In this document: piece after piece, positions 51,600-64,000 of the stretch | Numbering within the stretch: position 1 is the first letter of the stretch | Layout: each line of letters begins with the position of its first letter | Origin: Ginglymostoma cirratum | Lineage: Eukaryota | Assembly: GCA_024137785.1 (NCBI GenBank) | Contig: JAHRHZ010000073.1 | Location: forward strand, 12,347,488-12,411,487 | DNA: 64,000 bases | Direction: 5' to 3' | Notes under the pieces: model-generated | What the model saw: the letters and a program-made list of their open reading frames with translations, nothing else | Database searches by the model: none | What the model was told of the DNA's origin: nothing | Program-made: the position numbers and the translations under genes

Positions 51600-53130
51600 A
51601 CACTCATATTCACTCTCATTGCCACTGCACTCACATCTAACCAAGGCTCATGGTTCATCGCTCTCACAATTGCAGTATTTTCCTTCAATCTCTTGTCACT
51701 CACTCCAACCCCCACCCAAACTACTTACCCTGCATGGCCTCTTTGCTGCCTACTCACCAACTCAGGGCTAACCTCGCCATCATTGCCCTACCTGCACCAG
51801 CGCTAATGGCTGTGTCAGTCATTTTCATCTCACTCAATCCCTCCCTTTGTCTCATTCCAGGTGAGAATGGCACACAATAGGAGGAGAGAGCCAAAACAGA
51901 TGGTGGAGTGCCCAACATTCATCTCTTTATCTTATAAAAGGAAAGGATTCATGTCTTAGTAGTAGGGGACTCTGATCCCTGATGGGATGATGCTAAGACT
52001 CCCCGTGTCCTGGCAATCAAGTAAGATTCATTGTGATGTGTTGTGCTGCATCCCAACCACTAGTACGGTGCATGTATTCTTAACACAACCAAACTTCTAC
52101 CCCTATTTGACAATTCATTCATTCTATTATCTTCTGCAGGCACAAGCAGTATCACTGGCCTGAAGACATTAGCCCTTCTGGGCATCACCTCCTCCTCTCC
52201 CTCAGAGGAAGCAAGCACAGACCTCTAAGGAATCACTGTCAAAGCTATCTCCTACATCTTCCATCAGCTTAGATAATGACACCTTGGTAAGTACTTTACA
52301 GCAGTAAATTAGAGTTAAAAGCACATCACTGCTACAACTCCGTAGCTGGCTAAGGAAGAATTGTCCTACGTTGGTGGCACACAGTATGTTGCCAGAGACT
52401 GGTCACTTGTTGAGTTCCAGATAGGGTGGGATTCCATGTCTTGGCCGTGATTAACTTCTTAATCAGTGCAAGAACAGCAGACAAATCTGTCAGAGACACG
52501 TGGGAAACTGGATCAAAGGTTGGAGGGGACAGCCAATGATAGCTGTCCTTTGCTGCCTCCAGAGTGTGAGTGTGTCTGTGTGTGTCTGGCTGTCTGCATG
52601 ACAGATTGGCAGCTGCCAATGGAAAGCCAGGTCCCACAATCTCGGAGTCTGCTGGATATGTACACAGTCCTGCACTCCATCACTGCAGCCACTGGTGCAC
52701 AGCACCAGCAGAAATGTGGCGAGGAGATGGGGGACTTTGACCTCGCTCCAGGTGCCCCTTCCACACAAGAACACAGATGACGCCAATAGGCAGTCAGCCA
52801 GAGGAAGAACCACATAAATGCAACCTCCCCCACTCCCATCCCAACCCCGAGGCTTCCTCTCAGGACCCTCCAGAAGTCTTCAGTCCCTCCACTTTTGCCC
52901 TGACTTATGGAAGTTCAGGCTGAGGAGGATAAACCTGCACCTTTCCCAGGAGACCCTCAATATGTCTGGGTCCTATAGAAATAAACACCTCCAGGTTTGC
53001 CTGCCCAAAGTCCAAGGCTGGCAGGGTCCACAATAGGACAGCTTCCCTACACTCCAGCTGTGGACCTCAGGACTGCATATAGATTTAATGCGAGGAAACT
53101 GAAAACATGGTTCAGAGCAAAGCTTCCAAG
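51600..53130 (+). pseudogene. Intron-containing Myb/SANT-like accessory gene relic of a PIF/Harbinger transposon
   Basis: Exon 51861-52020 (cattccAG|..|GTaag) reads MAHNRR/ERAKTDGGVPNIHL..KERI, matching the post-Myb 'AHNxRERxxTGGG.P' signature. A further acceptor at 52139 precedes a Pro/Ser/Gln-rich coiled-coil-like segment. Confidence 0.6.
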
Positions 53131-53649
53131 GATTAAACAGCGTCCTCTGCTCTGTACTGCAGTGAACCACGGGGCCTGACTTGTATGCGAACCTGATGTA
53201 AAGGAGACATCTTATAACCCTTATTGGCCTCAGAGATGTTACATTGCAGATACACTGGGCATCTTGACACAGCGTTCTGATTGCCACTGCCATCTGCATG
53301 TAATTCCATAGAAACTAAGCTTCTGTGAGGTCTCCTGCATCTTTGCTGCTTCATGAAGGTACCTATAGCTGGGAACTCTGCATTAGGAGGCTGTGCCACA
53401 TCTGTTGGAGGTTGCAGCTAGTCCTAAGTTTCCAGATGTGCTACCTGCTCCCTTCCATTCTAATTCAATTTGCAAGTGCACAACTGGAATTAAAAATGGC
53501 TACCACCTCACACAGAGTGGAGGGAGTAAGTTCCTCATCCATTCTTGTGGATGGTGATAGTGTAGCAGCCAAAGTGATTACAGCGGCTTCTGTGACTGCA
53601 TCCACTGGGTACGTTTCCACTGAGCTGATATGGGCAATGTCATGAGATC

Positions 53650-53900
53650 ACAATCACTTACAGGTTCCCCTCTAAGCCACTCATCATCCTGACGTGGAAA
53701 TATATCGCTGTTCCTTCAGTGTTGCTGTGTCAAAATTCTGGCATTCTCTCCCCAACAGCATTGTGGATCAACCTGCAGCATGTGGATTGCAGCAGTTCAA
53801 GAAGGCAGCTCATCACCACTTTCTCAAAGGCCATGAGGGATGGGCAATAAATGCTGGCTCAGCCAGTGACATCCAGACCCCCAGAATGAATTTTAAAAAA
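53650..53900 (+). mobile_element. LINE 3' end fragment
   Basis: ORF 53694-53903: KFWHSLPNSIV..GLQQFKKAAHHHFLKG, plus tail GGGCAATAAATGCTGGC. Confidence 0.7.
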
Positions 53901-56500
53901 TAGGCTATGGAGTCTAAGGGGTTCGGTTATATGGAATATTATAGAAAAAGTTAAAGGAGCGGAGGGCTTAGCAGATGTTGTTAAAGATTCCAGAACAAGC
54001 AATAGGACAGAAAGTATGGAAAAGCTCAGGATTCGAACACAGCAGATAAGAGGACAACTATGAAAAGGCAGTAATGGACAGAGTAGGCCTGCAGAGTTCT
54101 TCAATGCAGAACTGAGGGTTTTGGACTTCAGTGCACACAGTATATGAAACAAGGTAAATGAGTATGTTGAGCAGATTGAAATTAGCAGGTGAAATGTTAT
54201 GGCTATCACAGAGATTCCATGGCTGCTAGGGGATCAGGGCCAGGGACTAAATATTCATGGATACGCAACCTATTGAAAGGACAGGCAGACACGGAGAGGG
54301 GATAGGGTTGCCTTGTTAGTAAGAAACAAAATTAAATCAATAGCAAGAAGCAATACAGATTCTGAAGGCATAGAATCTGTGTGGGTAGAGTTGAGGAACT
54401 GCAAAAAGGAAAAAAATCTTTTGATGGGAGTTATGTACAGGATTCCTAGCAGTAGTCAGGATGTAGGGCAGAAAAGAAATCAGGAGATAGAAAAGGCATG
54501 TATAAAAGGCACTATTACAATAATCATGGAGGGCGGTTAGACTGGGAGAATAAGGTTGTCAGTGAATCCCAAGGAAAGGAATTTGTGAAATGCCCATGAA
54601 ATTACTTTTTGGAGCAGCTTGTTGTAGAGCCCACTGGGGATCAGGAAATTCTGGCTTATGTGATGTGTAAAGAGGCAGACTTGATGAGGGAGTTTAAGGT
54701 AAAGGAACCCTCAGGGGCAGTGACCATGATATAATAGAATTCAACCTGCACTGTGAGAGGGAGCAGCTGGAATTAGATATAACGGTATTAGAGGTAAGGG
54801 GAGTAAAGGTTACTACAGTGACATGAGGGAGGAGCTAGCCAGAGTTGATTGGAAGGAGAGCCAAGCAGAGGAGACAGTAGAGCAGCAATGGCAGGAGTTT
54901 CTGGGGGTAATTTGGGAGGCACAGCAGAAATTCATCCCAAGGATAAAGAAACATATTAAGGAGAGGACAAGACAAATCGTGGCTGTCCAGGGAAGCTGGG
55001 TACTGCGTAAAAGCAAAATAAAATCACACATTGTGGTGAAAATTAGTGGGAAGCTAGTGGATTGGGAAGCCTTTAAAAACCAGCAGAGGATAACTAAAAA
55101 AGCAGTAAGGATAGAGAAGATGAAATTAGAGGGTATGCAATCTAGTAATATAATAAAAGAGGGCAAGATTTTGTTTTTGGACAAATAAACAGTAAAAGAG
55201 AGAGGCAAGAGTGGACATTGGACCACTGGAAATGAGGCTGGAGAAATAGTAATGGAGAACAAAGAAATGGTAGAGGAACTAAATAGGTACTTTGTATCAA
55301 TCTTCACAGCGGAAGACACCAGTAGCATACCAAACTTTCAGAAGAGTCATGGAACAGTGGTAAGTGGAGTGGCCATCACTAAGGAGAATGTGCTTGGGAA
55401 GCTGAAAGGTCTGAAGGTGGATAAATCACTAGAACGAAATGGACTACATCCCAGATTTCTGAAGGAGATATCTGAGGACACTGTGGAAGCATTGGTGGTG
55501 ATCTTTCAGAAATCACTTGAGTTAGGGAAGGTCCTGGATGATTGGAAAATGGCTAAGGTAACATTCCTGTTTAAGAAGAGGAGGAGGCAGAAGACAGGAA
55601 ACTGTAGACCGGTTAGCCTGACCTTGGTCGTTGGTAAGATTTTAGTGTCCAGTATTAAGGATGAGATTGCGGATACATGGAGGTCCGTGGTAAAATAGGG
55701 CTGAGTCAGCACAGCTTCTATGACTCAGAAATCTTATGATTCTTTGAGAACGTAATGAGCAAGTTAAACAAAGGAGAGCCAGTGGATATGATATTTTTGG
55801 ATTTCCAAAAGGCCTTTGACAAAGTGCCGCACCGGAGGCTGCTAAATAAGTTGAAAGCTCATGGTGTTAGGGGCAAGCTCCTGGCATGGATAGAGGATTG
55901 GCTGATTGGCAGAAGGCAGAGAATGGGGATAAAGGTGTCTTTTTCAAGATGGCACCCAGTGATTGGTAGAGTTCCTCAGGGGTCAGTGTTGGGATAACAA
56001 TATTCACATTATACATTAATGAAGGAACAAATTATTTTACTCTGATTTGACAAAACTCCTGAACAACTTCATGCCAGTGTTCTGCTTCTGAAACTGGCAT
56101 GACCAGTTTTAGCCCCCTTAAATAAGGAAAGATCGGATGCGGTCCAGAAAAGGTTCACTGTCTTATAAGTAGAGTTTGAATGGTAAAGGCCTGTACTCAT
56201 TCACCCTCAAAAGAATGAGAAGTAACCTTATTGAACATACAAAATTCTGAGGGGGAATTTGACAAGATAGATGCAGAAAGGTTGTTTCCCCGCTGTGGGA
56301 TAGTCTAGGATCAGAGGGCACATCTCAGAATAAGGGGTCATCTGTTTAAAACAGAGATGAGGAGGAATATCTCCTCTTAAAGGGTGGTGAATCTGTAGGA
56401 TTCTTTATTCCAGAGGATTTATCAGATTATCAGACCAGATATGATCTAAATTGAAGAAGCAGACTGAACAGCCTAAATGGCCTAATTTTGACCCTGTGGC
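53900..56500 (+). mobile_element. CR1 LINE ORF2 (endonuclease + RT) with 3' tail, decayed
   Basis: IESVWVELRN..GVMYRIP (EN); GLHPRFLKE, DWKMAKVTFLFKK..GNCRPVSLTLVVGKIL, FLDFQKAFDKVPHRRLL..VPQGSVLG (RT). Confidence 0.92.
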
Positions 56501-58189
56501 TTATAGTGTTGTATCAAATACATACATGAATACAGGTTTATGCTTTAAAAAGGCGAGGGGCCAGTACAATCAGAAGATAAGACACATGCAATTTAAGAAG
56601 TTCTTAGAGCCAATGAATTATTATTGTTCAGTTAGAGATCATGACTGTCTACTAGATATCTTATACTTTCAATAAGAGCAAAGTTTTAAAACCCTTGAGC
56701 TCTTGGTGAAGGGATGTTTCTGTGGTTTGCTTTATTGCCAGTGCTATCTTTCAAGATGATGAGAAGGAAGCAGATGGAAAGGATCCTTGGTGTTAGCAAT
56801 CCATTTTTATTTATCTCTGTTTATTGACCTGCCAAGCAATTACTGAAAATGGATCATTTGTGTATTCTTGAGTCAGGCCTCATTGTCTGTTAAGTTGCAA
56901 GAGACTTTTCATATCAAAAGTATGCGACTTATCAGACAAGTGTGAAATAAACCAGGAGATGTGAGTTTCTTGATGACTGACTCAGTTGACTGTTTCAATA
57001 TCTTTAGATAAAATGATAATTTCAGATGACAATTTAATTTAATCCACTTTGATTTCCTGATCTTGCTTCAGGTTAGATGATTGCTGAAGCCATGTTATAT
57101 TTGTTTCTTTCTTTTCAAGAAAAACATTTTGGTCCACGAAGATCTTGGATATTAAATTCAGATGATGGAAGTTGAAAATTGATCGTGCATTTTGGCTGTT
57201 TTGTGACATATTTGATTTCTACAGGTTAAAGACTTGCAACTGTCTCTATTATTTAAATTTGCTTTGCCTTGAGTACCCTGCAGGCACAAGCTGTCAGCTT
57301 CAATAAAAGAACTCCTCAAGTTTTCAAATTCAGTCTGGCCTATAATCTTGATGATATACATTGTATAAAAGGAGAAAGGAACTGTGATTACTTTCTAACA
57401 CAAAGCTTTATCCATACAGATAATTGTACAGGAATCCCACAGTTCATGACAAAGCCAAGGCTTTATATACTGCTCTAGAATAATTTCTTTCAACTGTATA
57501 AGAATGCCTTATTTTAAATTCGACAAAATAATCCTCTTCCTCTGCCAGTACTGTTTTTTTCACTGGAGACTACACTTCCGAGGCCAATAACTGAAACATT
57601 AATTTCTAAATAAAAAATAACATAAACATGCTTACCTTTTGAAAGTCATTAAGACAGATTTCACTCATTAGGTCAGTTAATGCAAATATATAACCATTTT
57701 AGAATAATAAAAAGTAAAACACCTGTTAAAAAGGACCTATGTTGAAGAAAGTTTATTCTCAGAAACAATCGGCAGTTTTTAATGAAGGTGGTAGGGGTCT
57801 CACAGACTTTCTGAAGAGCCATTAAGAATCCCATGCCATTTTCAGAAGTCTCCCTGCATCTTTTGGCAATCAGGCATTTAACTAGACAGAGACACGTTTT
57901 CCCTGCATTCAAGGACCCCAGCGGTTCCCATCAGCAAATGTTGGCCAATGAGAGGCCGAGGATAATTGCTGAATCCCAAACCACTGGTGAGAGATGGTGA
58001 GAGAGTGGTCATGGGTGAGGGAGCGGGGTGTCAGCAGCAACTGGCTGACTATCGGTGGGCCTCAGTTTCTTGATGCTGATCCCTCAATCAAACCACCTTT
58101 AAAAAAGGGTTAAAACCAGCAGCAGCAGCAGCTTAAGTGGTCATTAATTGTCCAAGTATTGATGTGGTCACTCTGCAGCTGGACAATAG

Positions 58190-60070
58190 ACAGGAAAAGA
58201 GGAAGTGAATGAACTCTAGACAGTTAAGGAGAAACAGGCAGGTAATGGAGAAGACTCCCAAGTGCATCCCAATCTCTGACCAGTATTCAATTTTGAATGC
58301 TAATGGAATACTATTGCTCCACCAAGGAGTAAAACTCGAGCCTAGTCCATGTTACCGCAGATAGCTGGGGTCTACTATGCAGGTGGCAATAAGACCTAAA
58401 GAGCAATAGGGATAGGTAGTTCAACAGTTAGGGGAATGGACAGGCATTTCTGTGACTGCAGATGTGCATCTAGGGTGGTGGACTGAATCTTACCACATTT
58501 TGTCAAAGTGTTCTTTTTGTTGGGCTTCATGGGTGATTCCTTTCCATGAGGTCTCGCGGGTTTCCTCACATTATCATCACAAGCCTGCCTCATTAACTGT
58601 CTAGCATGCCCCTACTGCATCCCTGTCATCCAGTTCACCCATTCACGGTCATCACAAGTACTCATCACTGCTGGAATGTCCCAGCCATCTTTAATAGGCT
58701 ATTCACCCAGTCAAACATTGTCAGTGCAGAGCTGCCCTGCACAGTTTGTCACATTTGCTCTGGATATGATAGATCAGGGGAAACCAGTGCTATGCTTTGT
58801 AGGCAAGGACCTGGAAGTGCTGGTGGATACTGATGACTGTTGGCAACTAGGACAATCTGCATGGCTTTGTGTCAGTGCTGAAAGGGAAGACCATACAGAT
58901 ACATTGTGATTCTTTAAGGTTTAGCTGAGGGGCCAAAGCACAACAAGGCAGGTCAATGCAAGGCAGGGATGCTATGAGCATCCTGGTAGGCTTAAAGTGC
59001 GAGAGCACTAAGAAGAGGTCCATGCAGCCCTGAGATGCAGTCTGGTCGTAACCATGAGCTTGGTGTCTATCCACAAGCGTAGAGTATCATTGGAGTGGTT
59101 GGTGGCAGTGCCTGCAAAGTGCAGCATTAAAGTGCAGAAGTGTACTGTGAGTGTGTGGTGAGGCTGGTGCATGTTGGATGCCAGTAAAGTATGGCCTGAG
59201 ATGCTCATGCTGGGTGTCCAAGATAGAGGTTGGAAGAGCAAGCAGCAAGCATGGAGTCATCAAGAATCCTCTTCTGACCTCCATGTCGGGTATTCTCATT
59301 GTCTAGTTTCTATCCAGTGGGTGGTAGATTTGGAGACAGCATATTAATAAGATGAGATTCATTATCAAAAGGGCTTTAATCCCAGCTAATAGGCCCTCTC
59401 ACTGTTCACCAGCCTTGTCTTGACATCCAGAATTTAGTTGGAAAACGTGACTTGTCAGACCTGATGTCAGGAAAGGCCCCATTCAACATCTCCCACAATT
59501 CTTCCAAATTTCTCTCCATTCCCCATGTGGTTCAGGGCCTGGGAAGATTCCATCTGGAACATTGGTTCTGTGGTGGTGTGGTTCCAGGGGCAAGTATGTT
59601 ACTGAATAGCTGCAGAACGTCCTGAAGGGAGAGGATTAACAGCCAGCTGTTGTGATCTATATTAGTACGAACAATGTAGACAGATTGTTGAATGTAGTCA
59701 GAATATGGAAAGGTAGGCAGGAAATAAACAAAAACTCAAAAGTAGTAACCTCTGAGTCTCTGAACTGTGTTTGTTTAAGGCTGAGATGGATAGATTCTTG
59801 ATCAGTTGGGGAATCAAGAGTGTGGGGAAAGGGCAGGAAAGTGGAAGTGAGGAGTGTTCGATCCTATTGAATGGTGGAGCAGGTTCAAAAGGCCTACTCC
59901 TGTTTCTGTTTCTCATGGTCTATCACTCGGAGGAGCAGACAGAAATAACAAGATGTTGAATGGATTGCTAAAGAGATGGCGCAGGAGAAGGGGGGGCTTT
60001 AGTTTCCTGGGAAATTGGGACCAGCTATGGGACAATGGGACATTCACACAGTCTGGATGGTTTGTACCTA
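58190..60070 (+). mobile_element. CR1 ORF1 (SGNH esterase-like) fragments interrupted by other insertions
   Basis: GIGSSTVRGMDRHFCDCR at about 58410-58470 resumes as PGA../VVIYISTNNV at about 59580-59680 and WRRRRGGFSFLGNWD at about 59980. Confidence 0.6.
58481..59554 (+). mobile_element. Harbinger-derived element with imperfect TIRs and a Myb/SANT N-terminal relic
   Basis: Ends GACTGAATCTTACC and GGGAAGATTCCATC (imperfect inverted). Internal MIDQGKPVLCFVGKDLEVLVD resembles the 'GK.APRF.D.DLEVLVD' Myb/SANT start. It splits a CR1 ORF1. Confidence 0.5.
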
Positions 60071-60099
60071 AGTAGGGTAAGGACTGAGTTACGATCCCC

Positions 60100-60235
60100 T
60101 TCTGAGGAAGGGTCACCGGACCCAAAACATTAACTCTGTTTTTCCTTCACAGATGTTGCCAGATCTGCTGAGCTTTTCCAGCAACTTTGTTTTTGTTCCT
60201 GATTTACAGCATCTGCAGTTCTTTTGGTTCTTATT
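60100..60235 (+). repeat. Penelope-associated short repeat (single arm of the fold-back family) with hammerhead-like core
   Basis: CTGAGGA-A-GGGTCACCGGACCC-AAAA-CATT followed by AACTCTG..CAGATGTTGCCAGATCTGCTGAGCTTTTCCAGCAA. Confidence 0.7.
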
Positions 60236-60974
60236 TAATTGTCTACTGTTGTTTGAGATGGTCTAAACTAACTTAGCAGAGAATCAAAAGATAATATCGG
60301 AAAGGAATACCAAGATATACAGGATACTTAAAAGAGATAGACAGCTCTGGAATAGGGAACCATAAGTTATTACATGAAGTTAGACTAAGGGAGAAGGTTA
60401 TTGTGTATGTAAGCAAATTAGCTGTAATATTTTTGAATGGCTTAGCGGGTTCCAGGTTCCCAGTTGGTCTCCTGTTGTTTTAAGTCCTGTGTTTTTCACA
60501 ATCATCAGGGATTCAAACAAAATACAGATAATGTTGATGGAAAGAGTAAGAATAAGCAGGCACACATGTAAAGTAATGAGCAAAAGAAACAACGGAAACA
60601 TGAATTTCTTTGTGAGGGTCGAGGATCTGGAATGAACTGCCTGACTGTGTGTTTGAGGCAGGATCAGTCAAGCCCTTCCAAAGAGAATGAGGTAATCATC
60701 TGACAAGAAAGAATGTGCAGGCTTACAGAGAGAAGATCGGAAAATGGCACTAGTTGAACTGTTCGTTCAGACAAGTGGTGCAGACAATAGACTGAATTAG
60801 ACTGAATGGTTTCCTGTGATGCAACAATTATGCAATTTAAGCCTTTTGAAGGTACAAAAAGTGAGATCCTGAGAGAAAATCTATAGATGATAATTCAAAA
60901 GTTATTTTCAATAGTTTTCACAAAAGTGATTGCTGTTCCTGGCAGTTTGGAATATTGACTGTACATAGTGAATG

Positions 60975-61545
60975 AGGGCAGCACAGTGGCTCAGCAATTA
61001 GAACTGCTCCTTCACAGTGCCAGCAACCCAGGTTCAATTCCTCAGGCAACTGGCTGTGTGGAGTTTGTATGTTCTCCCTGTGTCTGTATGGATTTCCTCC
61101 AGGTCCTCCCACAGTCCAAAGATGTGCAGGTTGGCTGGATTGCCCAGGTTAATTTGTGCATAATGTCCAGGGATATGCAGGCTATGCGGATTAGCTGTGG
61201 GAAATGCAGGGTTTTAGAATCATAGAATCCCTGCAGTGTGGAAACAGGACCTTCAGCCCAACAAGTCCACACCGACTCTGAGAGCATCCCACCCAGACCC
61301 ATCCCCCTATAATCCACTTAATCTATACATCCTTGAACACTAAGGACAATTTAATGTGGCCAATCCACCTAACCTGCACATCTTTGGACTGTGGGAGGAA
61401 ACCAGAGCACCGGACGAAACCGACGCAGACACGGGGAGAATGTGCAAACTCCATAGGGTGGATCTGGGTGGGATGCTCTTAAGAGGGGTGTTGTAGGCTC
61501 GAAGAGCCAAGTGACCTGCTTCCACACTGTAGGGATTCTATGATT
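60975..61545. repeat. Cluster of HE1-like SINEs in alternating orientation
   Basis: + copy 60975-61210, - copy 61215-61455, + tail fragment 61456-61545. Confidence 0.8.
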
Positions 61546-62429
61546 GAAATTATTGAAGAAAATACATTTGAATAAGTAGACATTAATCAATGTCAGTAAC
61601 AGCTCAATATTTATTAGATCCAATAATCTTTAGGCTAGAAAGAGATTTCCTGCCGGTCGATTTTCACATTCTATTCTTTTTCAAATTCTTTCCAATTTTT
61701 CTTTTTTACCCCTCCTGGCATATTGTTCAATTGGCTGTTTCAGTTGGCAGGTTTCCAGTCAAGGAGAATGCCTTCACAAAAGTTGGGTTTACAATTTTGC
61801 TTCACATCCTATGCAGACAATTTATTTTTCCTTAATGAGCATGCATACTTTAAAGGATGAAATTGGAAAAGCTGCCAAATTATAATATTTAAATGATCAG
61901 CCAGCCTCTGATGAGCAGAGCCATCTCTTGCCTGTTATTCTACCTCTGCTAAAACTGGGAATAAATCAGTTTGAGGGATTTGGTTTTACATTTTGAATAT
62001 TTTGAATTTTGAACTCTGATCCGAACTCAGTTTTGTGAGTTAAGCTTCAGCTGCTGGTCTCTTCATAATTTTAAACACCTTCATCAAACCTCATCTGTTC
62101 TAATAAGCCTCAAATTCTCAGGCTTTTTATTTTAATTTCTTGATATATTGTGACATCTGTGCTGTTCTCTCTGTTTCCTCAACATCAAAAAAATGAACGA
62201 AGTGCTTCAACTAAGATTTTACATTCATTCACCTTCGTTGCAACATTTTTTAATTAATAATCTTTGACATGAAATACACTGTTCCTTTACTTTAGCTTTT
62301 ATTCCAGTTAACTTATTGCAATTAAAATTTTGTGAACTTGAGTATCTGAAACAATATTTTATTATTTTTCCGCTTTGACCCTATATGTTGTTGTTATTTT
62401 ATGGTTATAAAGTCTGTGCTTTCCCATCA

Positions 62430-63080
62430 CAATCTGGGTATCATTAACAATACAGTTGCCCAGCAATGTCACCATATCCTTTTGCTTTTTAAGCCTATAT
62501 ATCCCAACTTCTGAGCCCTCCCCCACTCTGGTTAGTTCAAAGCCCTCTGTAATAGCCCTAGTAGTTCCCTTTCCAAGACACTAGTTCCAGCACAGCTCAA
62601 GTGAAGCCTATCCCAGCTCCCTTTTACCCCAGTATTGGTGCCACTGCTACATGAGATGAAACTCATTCCACCCACACCAATCTTTAAGCCACACATTTGA
62701 CTTATTTATTTACCCAATGTCAGTTTGGCAGTGGCTTAGTTGGAGACCCTGAGATTATTACCTTGGAAATTTTGCTTTCTTAATTGAGTTCCTAATTGTT
62801 CAAAACCTTTCAGCAGAATCTCCTTTCCAATCCCGTCAATGTTGATAGTACTAACATACACACAAAGACAACTGGATTCCTCCACCCCAATCCAAGTTCC
62901 AAGTTTCTCTCTGGCTCAGATGAGATGTCCTCAACCCTAACACCAAACAAATAGCACAGCCTTCATACTCCCAGCTGCAGAGAATAGTATCTAGCTCCCT
63001 AATAATACTGTCCCTTACAATAGCAATGTTCCTATTGCCACCCCACGTGTTCACTTGAATGGCTCCCTGTACCACAGTAC
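62430..63080 (-). mobile_element. CR1 ORF1 (esterase-like) fragment
   Basis: ORF 62851-63075: RNIAIVRDSIIRELDTILCS..CLVLG (GDS.IRG.D..C..CLPG-like). Confidence 0.65.
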
Positions 63081-64000
63081 CTCATGAATAATCCTCATGA
63101 GCAACAGAAATACACTTGATGCCTTACTTTATGTTTAGTGTGGTTATGTCATCATATCACAACATGCTAATAATGCACAAACTATCATTGGATCTTTTAG
63201 AAACTGCAGTGTATATATTTCCAGGGAAGGAGAATTGATTTAGAATGAGTAATGTTTCTTCTTTGCACCTTTGATAGTTTTTGAAATGTTTTGAATGTGA
63301 TTAAAGATATACTAGTAGAATTAAACATGTCACATGATTTAGTTGTAATTACCAAGGTTATGTTTTTCATTTACATTTCAAAGTGGCAACTACCTATACC
63401 GTCACATTTTACACTCGATGTGTAAGCTAATCCCTAGTTTGGAAAGAGTTTGTAACATCAGTGGTTAACCTTGTAAATTGTAATCCATGGATAATTCTTT
63501 ATTTTCAACACCTTTTATGTTTTTCATAGTTTATTTTCTGTTATTATCCATGTGTTTTTACGGGCTTTTTCCAATCTGATTTTATTCTTACTTATCTTCT
63601 TATCACAGGACTGTATGCTTATGCTCTGAGTTATAATGTAATCAATCTGTATCATATTGATTTTACATTAAAGTACTTTCTACTGATAAGTAGTTGTTTA
63701 ATCTGCGATTTTTCTAACCAATTAATCTAGGCTTGTTCTTTTTCAAGTCACTGGAACCAACTGATTTCTAGATCAACACTTTTATAGTGACTCTTTCTCA
63801 TTATCTATTTTCAATATTAACCTAATTAGGTTTGTGTCTTTGCTTCTCAAATGCTCTAACCCAAGATGCTTATCCGTCCTATTTCTTACTGAGCAACAAC
63901 CAACCTTCATTCAAATCTTTATCATAGTGATTTAAAATCTAATGTATTCTAAGTGTCCCTCTAACTATAACTCTCCTCAGACAAAAGTTTAAGTTTGCTG

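Noticed and set aside
40500-64000. 3' exons of a convergent neighbour such as TRDN
   Set aside because: No recognisable coding exon on the - strand. Very small exons could be missed by eye.

Overview
Vertebrate, repeat-rich genomic DNA, very likely from an elasmobranch (shark), judging from HE1-like SINEs and CR1, Rex1 and Penelope families. The only host gene I can support is the 3' half of clavesin-2 (CLVS2, + strand). Three coding exons (28308-28418, 30910-31130, 37049-37133) splice in frame and end in a clathrin-box motif (LLSLD*). Everything upstream of 28308 appears to be one large intron. The rest is mostly decayed transposable elements. Highlights: (1) At 1-2705 (- strand) is an endogenous retrovirus-like provirus remnant with LTR, PBS, foamy/lokiretrovirus-type RT motifs, a degenerate 'tether' RNase H, a second RNase H and the start of integrase; gag/pro are missing and the YxDD motif is deleted. 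(2) A family of short dispersed repeats and fold-back elements carries decayed minimal hammerhead-ribozyme cores (CTGANGA-stem-GAAACGT), next to a Penelope RT/GIY-YIG fragment. (3) There are intron-containing Harbinger Myb/SANT gene relics. (4) A possible orphan viral envelope relic lies at about 50.4-51.5 kb. Repeat boundaries are approximate and read by eye; no database searches were run.
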